A stretch of DNA of 55,786 bases from UHGV virus genome UHGV-0208856; one strand, 5' to 3'. Both the position numbers and the translations under genes were made by a program. Shown here one piece after another: positions 27,883-37,153 of this stretch; the stretch's first letter is position 1, and each line of letters begins with the position of its first letter. Below the pieces are notes generated by a model that worked only from the letters and a program-made list of their open reading frames with translations, ran no database searches and had not been told where the DNA came from. Source of the stretch: a virus.

Positions 27883-27928
27883 AATCATCGAAATTCACAT
27901 AGATACAAAGTAATACCGCCGAGATCAA
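27883..27928 (+). repeat. 46-bp direct repeat, copy 2
   Basis: aatcatcgaaattcacatagatacaaagtaataccgccgagatcaa, 486 bp from copy 1. Confidence 0.95.
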
Positions 27929-28490
27929 GGTGCTTGCGGGGCAGGAAGCCCGTAAACACGATTGCGGAACACTCATTGAAGATGTTCGGCAGAACTACCT
28001 CACGACCCTCGCCGCAGGCTGCGCGGACTGATCATCCCCACCCTGCGGGAGCGCAAAGGATCGACAATGAGAGCGAAGTAATTATCGAAACGGTTTTGAC
28101 GGCGTGAACCCGTGATTTTCCGTGATATATCCAAAATCCGAAAACATACTGCGAAAACACCGATTTTTGAGGGTGTTTTTCAAAGTGCGCCCAAAATCAA
28201 GTTGAACCTTAAACCTTTACGCGGCTTGCGTATACGCGATTCGAAGGTGTATCGCGCAAGCCCGTAGAAAAGCAAAAGCCCTTGACCCTGCTTCCGAGCA
28301 TAAATATCCCGTTGGTGGTAAGCAGGGACGAAAATAAAATATCGCAATACGCAGAAAGGAGAAGCACATCACAGCTTTTCGAAGCGCTCTCGATAAGAAG
28401 CAAAGTCCAGAGCGCAAAGGAAAAAGAAAACCCGACAACGCGGTTTTTCCGCGCTTTCCACGCCGTAACAAAGAACTTTGTTACAAAGAC

Positions 28491-28519
28491 TATATAGCAT
28501 GGATTTTCCGCGTTGTCAA
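28491..28519 (-). promoter_or_regulatory. Leftward sigma-A promoter facing the repressor array
   Basis: Minus strand reads TTGACA, 17 bp, TATATA with extended TG. Confidence 0.6.
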
Positions 28520-28555
28520 GCGGTTTTCTGAAATTTGATTAATTTAATTTCATTT

Positions 28556-28786
28556 ATGCAGAAAAAATCGAACTTGAAGGCGCGTGTGTATGCGCTGAAT
28601 AAGCAGTTGAAGGAATTGTGCGACGCATTGACGGAGGCGGGGTATTACTGCGACCAATCCCGACTTTCGGATGTAATGAGAGCGCACAACGAGGGCGACA
28701 ACAGCCGCCCGATTTATACCGAAACATATGAAGCGGCGGAAAGAATCGTCGCCGACTGGGAGGAAGAAGAAAATGACCATCGTTAA
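28556..28786 (+). CDS. Cro-like small DNA-binding protein (putative)
   Basis: 76 aa, first gene of the rightward early operon, HTH-like pattern; AT-rich leader without SD. Confidence 0.55.
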   Translation: MQKKSNLKARVYALNKQLKELCDALTEAGYYCDQSRLSDVMRAHNEGDNSRPIYTETYEAAERIVADWEEEENDHR

Positions 28787-28967
28787 AAGAATATGCGCGG
28801 CGATCGGCTTCTTGTGCGCTTTTATCGCGGCAGGCTCGGAAGATTACGCCGTGCGCCGGGGGCTGCCGATGAGAGAAACAACAATAGTGCTGATCGTGAC
28901 AGCTTGCCTTCTGATGGGCGCGTTCGTACTTATATCAAACGTGCAGGAACGGAGGAAGGGGCGGTGA
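28773..28967 (+). CDS. Small two-TM membrane protein
   Basis: SD ggagg; two hydrophobic helices. Confidence 0.55.
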   Translation: MTIVKRICAAIGFLCAFIAAGSEDYAVRRGLPMRETTIVLIVTACLLMGAFVLISNVQERRKGR

Positions 28968-29251
28968 CACTCGAAGAAGCGAAAACGGCGATGCTGCGGC
29001 GAGACGGTGTTTCCTGCAAAGGTATTGATTACGACAAAATAACCGCGATAATCATCCGTCCCGCGCCGCCGAAGCGGACGGTTGCGGAGAGAGCAACGCC
29101 GACGAAATCATGGTACACGGTTTCGTGTGAGCTTCTGGACAAATGCAAGCACAGCGTGACGATTGCGCCCGTTGCAGAAGTCGTATCCCGCGAGGAAGCC
29201 GCGAATGCGGAGCTTGAAATAATGGAGAAAGAAAATGACATACACGATTGA
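28964..29251 (+). CDS. Hypothetical protein (95 aa)
   Basis: GTGA overlap start with SD ggaggaagg. Confidence 0.55.
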   Translation: MTLEEAKTAMLRRDGVSCKGIDYDKITAIIIRPAPPKRTVAERATPTKSWYTVSCELLDKCKHSVTIAPVAEVVSREEAANAELEIMEKENDIHD

Positions 29252-29888
29252 AGAACTTAAAAAATTAGAGAGTGAATACGGTTCGCTTGACCTGTCCGGC
29301 ACGCCTATCACCTCACTACCCGAAGGTCTGACGGTGGGCGGCGACCTTGATTTGCGCAACACGCCCATCACCGCGTTGCCCGAAGGGCTGACGGTTGGCG
29401 GCGCCCTTTATTTGCGCGGCACGGGCATCACCGTCCCGGCGAATTATAAGAAGCTTAAAAACGGCACATATGTCCCGGGTAAATATCTTTACGCCGATAA
29501 CATTCTGACCCATGTAAAGAATGCAAGAGAAAAAGACGGATACACATTTTACGAAGGCAAGATACCCGGTCGAAATGTTGTGTTTGACGGAAGGAATTAC
29601 GCGCACTGCAAGACTTTCCGCGAGGGCTTGGAGGACTTGGCGTTCAAATCTGCAAAAGATCGCGGCGCGGAGCAATACAAAAGTCTCGCACTTGATTCGG
29701 AGATTCCGCTTGAAGAAGCAAAAACTATGTATCGCGTTATCACGGGGGCTTGTCGCGCGGGTACGGAGCGTTTTCTTTCAACGATTACACCGAAAGAAAA
29801 ATACACGGTGCGTGAGATTATAGAAATCACCGAAGGGCAGTATGGTGCAGAACGCTTCAAAGCGTTCTTTGAAGGAGGGGAAAAGTGA
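29235..29888 (+). CDS. Leucine-rich-repeat-containing phage protein
   Basis: 20-aa repeats L.L.GT.IT.LPEGLTVGG (about 2.5 copies), then a C-terminal domain with YRVITGAC. Confidence 0.75.
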   Translation: MTYTIEELKKLESEYGSLDLSGTPITSLPEGLTVGGDLDLRNTPITALPEGLTVGGALYLRGTGITVPANYKKLKNGTYVPGKYLYADNILTHVKNAREKDGYTFYEGKIPGRNVVFDGRNYAHCKTFREGLEDLAFKSAKDRGAEQYKSLALDSEIPLEEAKTMYRVITGACRAGTERFLSTITPKEKYTVREIIEITEGQYGAERFKAFFEGGEK

Positions 29889-30157
29889 ACGGCATGAAAA
29901 TGACCGTCGAAAGGCGGCGCGAGATACTGTCAAAAGAAGTGTTGGAGCTTGCGGACATCGCCGAGCTGACGGGCTTCTGCAAGTCGGTCGCAAGCGAATA
30001 CCTCCAACGGGTAAAGCGGCAGAACGACATTCTCGGCGTAAAAGGAAAAATACTAACGGCGGACTATCTGCGCTTTATCGGGATAGACCCGACCGTATTG
30101 TATGCACTCAAAGACAGAATAACAAACAACGGAGGAACAGGAAATGGCTGGATTTAG
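29885..30157 (+). CDS. HTH protein (excisionase-like, putative)
   Basis: LELADIAELTGFCKSVASEYL HTH-like segment. Confidence 0.5.
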   Translation: MNGMKMTVERRREILSKEVLELADIAELTGFCKSVASEYLQRVKRQNDILGVKGKILTADYLRFIGIDPTVLYALKDRITNNGGTGNGWI

Positions 30158-30599
30158 CAGCGTGGTTCTCATGGGGAACATGACGAATGACCCCGAGCTG
30201 AAAGTGACCACTACGGGAAAGAGCGTGTGTGCATTCACCGTAGCGGTGAACCGCTTCACACGCGGAGCAACAAAGGCGGACTTTTGGCGCGTGGAAGCGT
30301 GGGGGTCTACGGCAGAGTTTATATCGCGGAACTTCCGCAAGGGTGCGCAGATAATCATAAGCGGCGAGCTGATGACGGATTCTTACACCGACAAGAACGG
30401 CGTAGAACGGACTGCTCCGAAGATAAAAGCGGACAAGGCTTCATTCTGCGGGAAGAAGGACGAAATGATAGCTGAGTATTCAGAAGAAAGCGCGGCTTCG
30501 GCATCCCCTGCCGCCGCTTCCGGAGCGCCGCAGTACGCACCACCGGGCGCGGAAACAGGGTTTGTGGATGTAGGATATGAAGATGACCTCCCGTTCTGA
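30144..30599 (+). CDS. ssb: Single-stranded DNA-binding protein
   Basis: LMGNMTNDPEL, FTVAVNR and acidic C-terminal DDLPF. Confidence 0.95.
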   Translation: MAGFSSVVLMGNMTNDPELKVTTTGKSVCAFTVAVNRFTRGATKADFWRVEAWGSTAEFISRNFRKGAQIIISGELMTDSYTDKNGVERTAPKIKADKASFCGKKDEMIAEYSEESAASASPAAASGAPQYAPPGAETGFVDVGYEDDLPF

Positions 30600-31251
30600 A
30601 AAGCACGCGCCGACCTACACGGACTATAAAAACCGCGCGGCTTGGCTTGCGGACAGATGGCGCTCCATAGGCGCGAGTGAGATCGCCGTTATATGCGGTG
30701 CTTCGAATATGTCAACGCCGCAGGAGCTGTGGGCGCAGAAAACGAAGAAAGCACGCGGGAAAGACATATCCGCAAAGCCGGAAGTGGCATACGGTACGGA
30801 AGCGGAGCAGTACATACGAAAGCTATTCGAGCTGAAATTCAAGGACAGATATCTAATGACATATCGCCCGTACCGAGTGTACCACTCCGCGACATATCCG
30901 TATCTGTCATGCACCCTCGACGGTGAGCTTTACGACATCGAAACCCACGAACAGGGTGTGTGGGAATGCAAGACGGCGCTCATCAACAGCAAAGCCGCAA
31001 TAGACGAGTGGCGAAGCGGCATACCGCAGAAATACTATTGTCAAGTCCTGCAACAGCTTTATGTGATGAATTACAGCTTTGCGGTGCTGACAGCCGAGCT
31101 GCGCTTCCCGGACGGCAATTCGGAGACGAGAAACTACAACATATCCGCCGCAGGGGCGGAAGCCGACACCGAATACATCATCGGCGAAGCGGAAAAATTC
31201 TGGCGGTATGTCAAAGAAAAACGCAAACCGCCTATAAAACTGACATTGTAA
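30577..31251 (+). CDS. YqaJ/lambda-type exonuclease
   Basis: WL..R...IGASE, TLDG, ECKT and Y..QV.QQL motifs. Confidence 0.9.
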   Translation: MKMTSRSEKHAPTYTDYKNRAAWLADRWRSIGASEIAVICGASNMSTPQELWAQKTKKARGKDISAKPEVAYGTEAEQYIRKLFELKFKDRYLMTYRPYRVYHSATYPYLSCTLDGELYDIETHEQGVWECKTALINSKAAIDEWRSGIPQKYYCQVLQQLYVMNYSFAVLTAELRFPDGNSETRNYNISAAGAEADTEYIIGEAEKFWRYVKEKRKPPIKLTL

Positions 31252-31262
31252 GGAGAGAAAAC

Positions 31263-32186
31263 ATGGAAGAAAGCATAAGCAGCGCGATAGCCGAGTTTGA
31301 AAAGCCGACCGCGCCTACCACGATTGAGTTTAAGGTCAACGGAGATTTCGTTGAGAAGCTGCCGCAAATACTGTCGAATATTTCGGAGATACGCAAGTGG
31401 GCGATAGCCGCAACGGAAACGGACAGATCGCTTGTCTTGCAGACAGACGAGGATTTCGACAAAGCCCGTACACGCAGTGCGGACATTATGAAGATCATTG
31501 ACAGCATAGAAACGGGCAGGAAGTCCGTCAAGAAAGACTATCTCGCGCCGTATGAGCAATTTGAAAGTGCGGTAAAGGATGTTACGGCGGTGCTGAAATC
31601 CGCGCGTGAGAACCTCTGGGGGCAGATACAGACCGCCGAGGAAGCAAAGAAACGCGAAAAAAACTTGCTTCTGAAAGCGTATTACGAAGAAAAGGCACAG
31701 GAAGCGGGTGTACTCGGGTTTCGCACCTATGAGCAGATAAGCCGTACAAAGTGGCTGAACCGCACGACGCGCTTTACCGCGGCGCAGGCGGAGATAGACG
31801 ATATCGTGAATACCATCGCAAAAGAGGTAGAAACGATAAAGGCGCTCCGAAGCGACTTTGAAAATATGCTGCTTGACGAATACGCAAAGGGCGCAAGCGT
31901 GCTGAATGTCATATCCTACGATGCGCGGCTGAAACAGTCTTATGCCGAAGCGCAGAGCAGGAAAGCGCAAGCCGAAAAAACCGCCGCAGAAGCAAAAGAA
32001 ACACCTCCCGCCCCGCAAGCGCAGACCGCGGCGGAAGAAGAAGCCGCCAAGGCGGACGAAGCCGAACCGATTGCGATTGTGGTCGTTGACTTCCGCGTAT
32101 CGTGTACGCCCGAACAGTTAAAGGGTTTGAGCGTGTATATGCGGCAGAACGGCATAAAGTACAGCAAAGTACCGAAAGGAGAATAA
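31263..32186 (+). CDS. DUF1351-like coiled-coil protein
   Basis: RKSVKK.YL.PY..FE, KWLN and C-terminal L..YM..NGIKY; typical position between YqaJ and RecT. Confidence 0.7.
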   Translation: MEESISSAIAEFEKPTAPTTIEFKVNGDFVEKLPQILSNISEIRKWAIAATETDRSLVLQTDEDFDKARTRSADIMKIIDSIETGRKSVKKDYLAPYEQFESAVKDVTAVLKSARENLWGQIQTAEEAKKREKNLLLKAYYEEKAQEAGVLGFRTYEQISRTKWLNRTTRFTAAQAEIDDIVNTIAKEVETIKALRSDFENMLLDEYAKGASVLNVISYDARLKQSYAEAQSRKAQAEKTAAEAKETPPAPQAQTAAEEEAAKADEAEPIAIVVVDFRVSCTPEQLKGLSVYMRQNGIKYSKVPKGE

Positions 32187-32189
32187 ACA

Positions 32190-33218
32190 ATGCAGACAGT
32201 AAACAATTCACTTGCAAAGGCAAACGGCGATGGAGAAAAGCGCATAGCGTTTTCCGTGGCTATCCAATCCCCGGCATACCAGAAGCTGCTCCGCTCGGCA
32301 ATAGCCGACGATAAGCGCCGCAACCGTTTCGTGACGGCAGTCGTTTCGGCGGTAAGCGTAAGCCCCACGCTCCAAAAGTGCGATGCAACGACGGTCATTT
32401 CGGCGGCATTGCAGGGCGAAGCGCTTGAACTTTCCCCGTCACCCGCGCTCGGAGAATACGCGATCGTCCCTTACGGCAAGGGATGGAACAGCACGAAGGG
32501 CGACTACGACAGCTACACGGCACAGTTTCAGATCATGACGAACGGGCGCGTACAGCTTGCAATGCGCACGGGTGTATACGCGAAGATCACAAAGATGGAA
32601 GTGCGCGAGGGTGAATACAAAGGGCGCGACCCCGAAACGGGCGAACCCATCCTGTCGTTCATATCCGATGATGAAGAACGCCTCAGCAAGCCTATTGTCG
32701 GCTATTACGCATACTTCAAGCTGCTCAACGGCTTTTCGCAAGCGGTGTACAAGTCGAAACTGGCAGTCATTGAACACGCGAGACGGTACAGCAAGGCGTT
32801 TGACTACGACCTCTATAAGCAGATAGACGAAGGCGCGGACATAAGTAAGCTCCCGTGGAAAATGCAGAAGAAAGCAGAAACGCCGTGGATTCAGCATTTC
32901 GACGAAATGGCGAAAAACTATGTACTCCGCGAAGTGCTGAAATGCGCACCGAAATCTATTGAAATGCGCATGGCAGAGGAAGCCGAGGACAAGTCCTTGA
33001 ACGATATAAACCTTGCGGACATGACAACGCCCGCACTGCCCACGCCCGAAGCCGCCGAAGCAGAGTTTTTTGACGACACCAACGACATCATAACGGACGA
33101 TGCCGCCGAAGCCGAAGAAAAGCCCGAAGCAAAACCCGCGAAGGCGGCACGCGCAAAGAAAGCCGCGCCGCCGAAGGAATCCGACGATGTAGACGGATTT
33201 TTCGATGAAGTCGAATGA
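32190..33218 (+). CDS. recT: RecT-family ssDNA annealing recombinase
   Basis: L.PSP.LG..A.VPY, AQFQ, QLA.RTG.Y, GYYA.F.L.NGF, W...FD.MAK motifs. Confidence 0.9.
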   Translation: MQTVNNSLAKANGDGEKRIAFSVAIQSPAYQKLLRSAIADDKRRNRFVTAVVSAVSVSPTLQKCDATTVISAALQGEALELSPSPALGEYAIVPYGKGWNSTKGDYDSYTAQFQIMTNGRVQLAMRTGVYAKITKMEVREGEYKGRDPETGEPILSFISDDEERLSKPIVGYYAYFKLLNGFSQAVYKSKLAVIEHARRYSKAFDYDLYKQIDEGADISKLPWKMQKKAETPWIQHFDEMAKNYVLREVLKCAPKSIEMRMAEEAEDKSLNDINLADMTTPALPTPEAAEAEFFDDTNDIITDDAAEAEEKPEAKPAKAARAKKAAPPKESDDVDGFFDEVE

Positions 33219-33829
33219 TAATCAAGTATCTTGACGAGTTTGGGGACACGAACATTCAAGCAAGCGGGAACGTCTATGTGCCGTATGACGAAAACCACAG
33301 GCGCACAGGCGTTCCCGTAAGGGAATGGTACGACAGAAACATTAAAACGATGAAACTGACCTTCGCGGTCACATACCGCGTGAGGAAGGTCGAAGTCGAG
33401 CAGAAGCGCAAGCCGGGCGAAACGGACGAGGAATTTGAAACGAAACCGAAGCAATACGCCCAACGGTACATGATGGTGAACTGCTCGTTGCCGCTCTCAA
33501 ACGCAAACAAGGAAATGTACGCAATGGCGCGCACCCTGCAACCGTTTGAGCGTGTGGACATCAAGGGCGTGCTGATTACGCGCGAATTTACGAACGCTGA
33601 GGGGCAAGTCGTTATCTACGACGAAGTGCGGCTTGAAAGCGTCGTGTGCCCGAACCGCATGGCGGCAATGCTGATGGGTATGCAGCCGAAAAAGCGTGTC
33701 ACCGTCGAGGACTTCAAGAAGAACTACGGTGCGGAAACAAAGCCGGGCGCGTTGGTGCCGGCAAGACCCCAACCCAGACCCGAACCCGAAACGGAAATGG
33801 TGATGCCGGACGATGATTACGATTTTTAA
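33215..33829 (+). CDS. OB-fold/SSB-like protein (putative)
   Basis: 204 aa, beta-rich with acidic tail DDDYDF, follows recT. Confidence 0.5.
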   Translation: MIIKYLDEFGDTNIQASGNVYVPYDENHRRTGVPVREWYDRNIKTMKLTFAVTYRVRKVEVEQKRKPGETDEEFETKPKQYAQRYMMVNCSLPLSNANKEMYAMARTLQPFERVDIKGVLITREFTNAEGQVVIYDEVRLESVVCPNRMAAMLMGMQPKKRVTVEDFKKNYGAETKPGALVPARPQPRPEPETEMVMPDDDYDF

Positions 33830-33840
33830 GGAGCAACAGA

Positions 33841-34284
33841 ATGATACATATAGGCATAGACCCCGGCAAGAGCGGCGGCATTGCCGTGATAAACGACGGT
33901 GCCGAGCGCACAGCCGAAACATTCCCTTACAGCGATGAGCAGCTTATAGAGGTCTGTACGGCGCATCGGGGCGAAACGGTCGCTTTCGTGGAGAAGGTCG
34001 GCGCTATGCCGGGGCAGGGCGTTACTTCAATGTTCAATTTCGGAAAGTCGTTCGGCTACATCCTCGGGGTTCTGGAAGCAACGGAAACGCCGTATCAGCT
34101 CGTATCGCCGCAGAAGTGGAAGAACGCATACGGGCTGAACAGCGACAAAGGGCGTTCGTGCGAAGTATGCAGACGGCTTTTCCCGAAAGTGAATCTTCTC
34201 CGAACGGCAAAATGCAGAAAAGAACACGACGGCATGGCAGAAGCCCTGCTGATCGCCGAGTACGGCAGAAGGACGGCAAAATGA
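33841..34284 (+). CDS. RuvC-like Holliday junction resolvase
   Basis: IGIDPG.SGG, VEKV, F.FG..FG, P..WK and DG.AEALLIA motifs. Confidence 0.85.
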   Translation: MIHIGIDPGKSGGIAVINDGAERTAETFPYSDEQLIEVCTAHRGETVAFVEKVGAMPGQGVTSMFNFGKSFGYILGVLEATETPYQLVSPQKWKNAYGLNSDKGRSCEVCRRLFPKVNLLRTAKCRKEHDGMAEALLIAEYGRRTAK

Positions 34285-34535
34285 ACGCTTGCACAAAGAA
34301 GATAGAACGAAATCGCGACAAAGCTATCGCGTATCAAGCGGCGCAGACCTGTATCAGCGTCGCGATACTTGCGGCTGACGACCTTTTCGGGCTGAACGAA
34401 GAAACAACGCGCAAATTCGTTGATGCGTATGCAGAGGTGCTGAACGGTTACGCCGAAGAAGGTATTGAAGCCCTCAACAACGAGCTTGCGGAACGCGGAA
34501 TAGTCGTTGACCTCTCAAAAGTGTGGAGGGCGTGA
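34281..34535 (+). CDS. Hypothetical protein (84 aa)
   Basis: ATGA overlap; in operon. Confidence 0.55.
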   Translation: MNACTKKIERNRDKAIAYQAAQTCISVAILAADDLFGLNEETTRKFVDAYAEVLNGYAEEGIEALNNELAERGIVVDLSKVWRA

Positions 34536-34539
34536 TGAA

Positions 34540-35151
34540 ATGAACGGCTCCGCACGGCGCGGCTTAACGCCGTTTCAAGAGCTGCTTTACGGTCGAATGC
34601 AACAAGCCGCTCCGTGGCTTGGCAGGATAAACGCAACGGCAAGGAACCTCCGCGAATATCTTATGCCGGACAAGCCGGGAACGCGCGAGGACAGCATAGA
34701 AACGGCTCTGACGGCACTCGAACACGCAGGACTTGTAGCGGTCAACCGAACGGCGAAAACGCGCCATGTCGCAGTTTTGGGCGCGATAGAAACGCCGATG
34801 ATAGAAACTCCGCAAATCGGCACGGCGAAAACTGAAATCCCGAAGGTTACTATTACGCCCGCGGAAAACCCTATGCACCTTTTTGGCGCTTTTCGCAATG
34901 TGAAACTCACGGACAAGCAATACAACGACTTGGCAAGCCGCGGGAAGAAACGATACATTGACCTTCTGTCGGCTTACATGGTCGAAAAAAACAGGGAATA
35001 CGCAAACCATTACGCAACGATCTTAAAATGGATTCTTCAAGACGAGAACCGATACAAAATAAGCGGGTCGAAAGAGGAAACGCCGAAAAACGGTCAATCT
35101 TTCAATACCGACGAGGTTATACAAGCAGCGCTTAACAGAAAGGATTTTTAG
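34540..35151 (+). CDS. Putative replication initiator/replisome organiser
   Basis: Short N-terminal winged-helix-like part and C-terminal NVKLT...YID.LS.Y....Y.NHYATILKW seen in Firmicutes phage replication proteins. Confidence 0.6.
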   Translation: MNGSARRGLTPFQELLYGRMQQAAPWLGRINATARNLREYLMPDKPGTREDSIETALTALEHAGLVAVNRTAKTRHVAVLGAIETPMIETPQIGTAKTEIPKVTITPAENPMHLFGAFRNVKLTDKQYNDLASRGKKRYIDLLSAYMVEKNREYANHYATILKWILQDENRYKISGSKEETPKNGQSFNTDEVIQAALNRKDF

Positions 35152-35157
35152 TCAACT

Positions 35158-35950
35158 ATGAAACGATACAACATCGGCGACAAATTCGGGCAGTATGAGG
35201 TTATCGCCGTAAAACAACGCGCGTGTAATTCCGAGATTGATTATACGGTGCGCTGTGAATGCGGCAGGACGGAGATCGTGAAAGCGCGTGCGCTCATAAA
35301 AAAGAACGAGTGCGAACACACCGAGGACAAGCTTCACCCGGCGATGCGCGACTGCCCGTGCAACAAATGCCGCACGGCACAGGAAATCGGGGCTGACAGA
35401 TGCCGCAGATACCGTTCGTGTAAAGAATGGCGCGAATGGTTCGGCAGACACTTCAAAAGCTCGGCAGCCATCGTGAAGGCGGGGCTTGAAGCGAAAGAAG
35501 AAGGAAAAGGAGGAAGGCAGCAGTGACAACGGATGCACAAACGCCCTGCTATGACCGCAAGGCAAAGCGGGATTGTCCAAACCGTAAAGCCGGGTGCGCC
35601 GCATCATGTAAAGAATGGGCAGAGTATGTGCGCAAGCGTGATGCGCAGTACGAAAAGATAAAGATAAACATTTACGCACACAGCGAAACGGTCGGGAGGA
35701 GAAACCTTCGGACACGAAAATTGAAGGAGAGGTACGGATTATGACGGTGGCGGCATTGAAAAAGTCCGTGACACACCGCGTGGAGGAAGCGTGGCTCACG
35801 GAGCAGGGCGTGTTGTCCGCATTGGTGACAAGCTCAAACCAACGCGCGAAATGGCACTTTTTCAGAGTGCGGGGTGAACAGGCAGACAAAATCGCAACGG
35901 GCAGCAGCCCGAGGGACTTTACAAAATATTTTGGGAGGTTGTCATGCTGA
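35158..35950 (+). other. Three small coupled ORFs (35158-35526, 35523-35744, 35741-35950); the first two are Cys-rich
   Basis: Overlapping stop/start codons and SD sites; no function recognised. Confidence 0.55.
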
Positions 35951-37008
35951 CATTGGGCAGTTTGTTTGACGGCTCGGGCGGCTTTCCGCTCGGCGCAATG
36001 TTGGCGGGAATAAAGCCGTTGTGGGCATCGGAAATCGAGCCGTTCCCGATATGGGTCACGCACAAGAATTTCCCGAAAATGAAGCACCTCGGCGATATTT
36101 CCAAAATCCACGGCGCAGAAATAGACCCGGTGGACATCATCACATTTGGCTCACCGTGTCAAGATATGAGTACAGCCGGGAAAAGAGCAGGGCTTGACGG
36201 CTCCCGCTCCGGCTTATTCCGCGAAGCAATAAGAATTATAAAAGAGATGAGGTGTGCCACAGGTGGCAGATATCCAAGATACATCGTGTGGGAGAATGTC
36301 CCCGGAGCGTTCAGCTCCAACAAAGGAGAAGATTTCCGCGCAGTCCTCAAAGCGGTGTGCGGAATCAAAGAAGAAGTATCAATTCCTCGACCTGCGAAGT
36401 GGGAATCGGCAGGCGAAATCTTGGGAGACGGTTATTCCGTCGCATGGCGAACACTTGACGCGCAATATTGGGGAGTACCCCAAAGAAGAAAACGCATCTT
36501 TCTTGTCGCAGATTTTACAAAGGGGGGTGCAGGAAAAGTATTATTTGACACCGAGGGCTTGTCTGGGTATTCTGCGGAGGGCTTCCGCGCACGGCAAAGA
36601 GCTTTCCGAAATTCTGAAAGCGGCGTTGCTGGCGCAGTCTCGTGGGATGGCAGAGAGCAAACGGGAGCCTTAACGGCAAGCGGAGCAGGCGGCGAACAGC
36701 GTATGCCCGACAAAGGCAATTTCGGCGGCATATTGGTTCCTTCTGAAATAGCAGTCGGCGAGGTATCGGCAAAAACGCGCTCGGCGGGAGCAGAGATTGA
36801 AAAAAGTCCAACGCCCCGAGCCAGGGTGACACCCGCTGCCGGAATATGCTACGGCATATGCTCCAAATCCTCAAACTCAATGAAATCTGCAAACCCGCAC
36901 AGCGGATTTTACGAAGCCGACACTGCGCGGACGATAGACACTTCCGGCAGTGATGCAACAAGAAACCAGGGAGGGGTGGTTGTGGTTGAAAGACGTATTC
37001 GTGAATGA
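35944..37008 (+). CDS. C5-cytosine DNA methyltransferase, N-terminal part (motifs I-VIII plus start of the variable region)
   Basis: SLFDGSGG, GSPCQD, WENVPG and QRRKRIF; motifs IX-X are absent before the stop. Confidence 0.9.
   Translation: MLTLGSLFDGSGGFPLGAMLAGIKPLWASEIEPFPIWVTHKNFPKMKHLGDISKIHGAEIDPVDIITFGSPCQDMSTAGKRAGLDGSRSGLFREAIRIIKEMRCATGGRYPRYIVWENVPGAFSSNKGEDFRAVLKAVCGIKEEVSIPRPAKWESAGEILGDGYSVAWRTLDAQYWGVPQRRKRIFLVADFTKGGAGKVLFDTEGLSGYSAEGFRARQRAFRNSESGVAGAVSWDGREQTGALTASGAGGEQRMPDKGNFGGILVPSEIAVGEVSAKTRSAGAEIEKSPTPRARVTPAAGICYGICSKSSNSMKSANPHSGFYEADTARTIDTSGSDATRNQGGVVVVERRIRE
36254..36673 (+). CDS. Nested +1-frame ORF resembling the beta polypeptide of two-component C5 methyltransferases (M.EcoHK31I type)
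   Basis: 139 aa open frame inside the MTase; LSQIL...KYYLTPRACLGILRRA..HGK.L motif. Start codon uncertain. Confidence 0.6.
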   Translation: MPQVADIQDTSCGRMSPERSAPTKEKISAQSSKRCAESKKKYQFLDLRSGNRQAKSWETVIPSHGEHLTRNIGEYPKEENASFLSQILQRGVQEKYYLTPRACLGILRRASAHGKELSEILKAALLAQSRGMAESKREP

Positions 37009-37153
37009 ATATCACCCGCACGACAGCCGCGTAAAGCTGCGCACCGAAGATGTTATACAAACACTTTCATCCCGCATGGGTACGGGCGGCAACAATGTGC
37101 CGCTGTTGCTTAAAATCCGTTGCGGATGTGAAGGGGGGGTAAAGGAGCATTGA
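37001..37153 (+). CDS. C5 methyltransferase middle fragment (target-recognition-like module, +1 frame)
   Basis: HPHDSRVK...QTLSSRMGTGGNNVPL; ends just after a G7 tract. Confidence 0.6.
   Translation: MNEYHPHDSRVKLRTEDVIQTLSSRMGTGGNNVPLLLKIRCGCEGGVKEH

Noticed and set aside
27397..27928. 46-bp repeats as a CRISPR mini-array
   Set aside because: Only two copies, 486 bp apart and enclosing a gene; no cas genes and no regular spacers.
29290..29430. 60-bp DNA repeats as regulatory elements
   Set aside because: They are the coding repeats of the 20-aa leucine-rich units.
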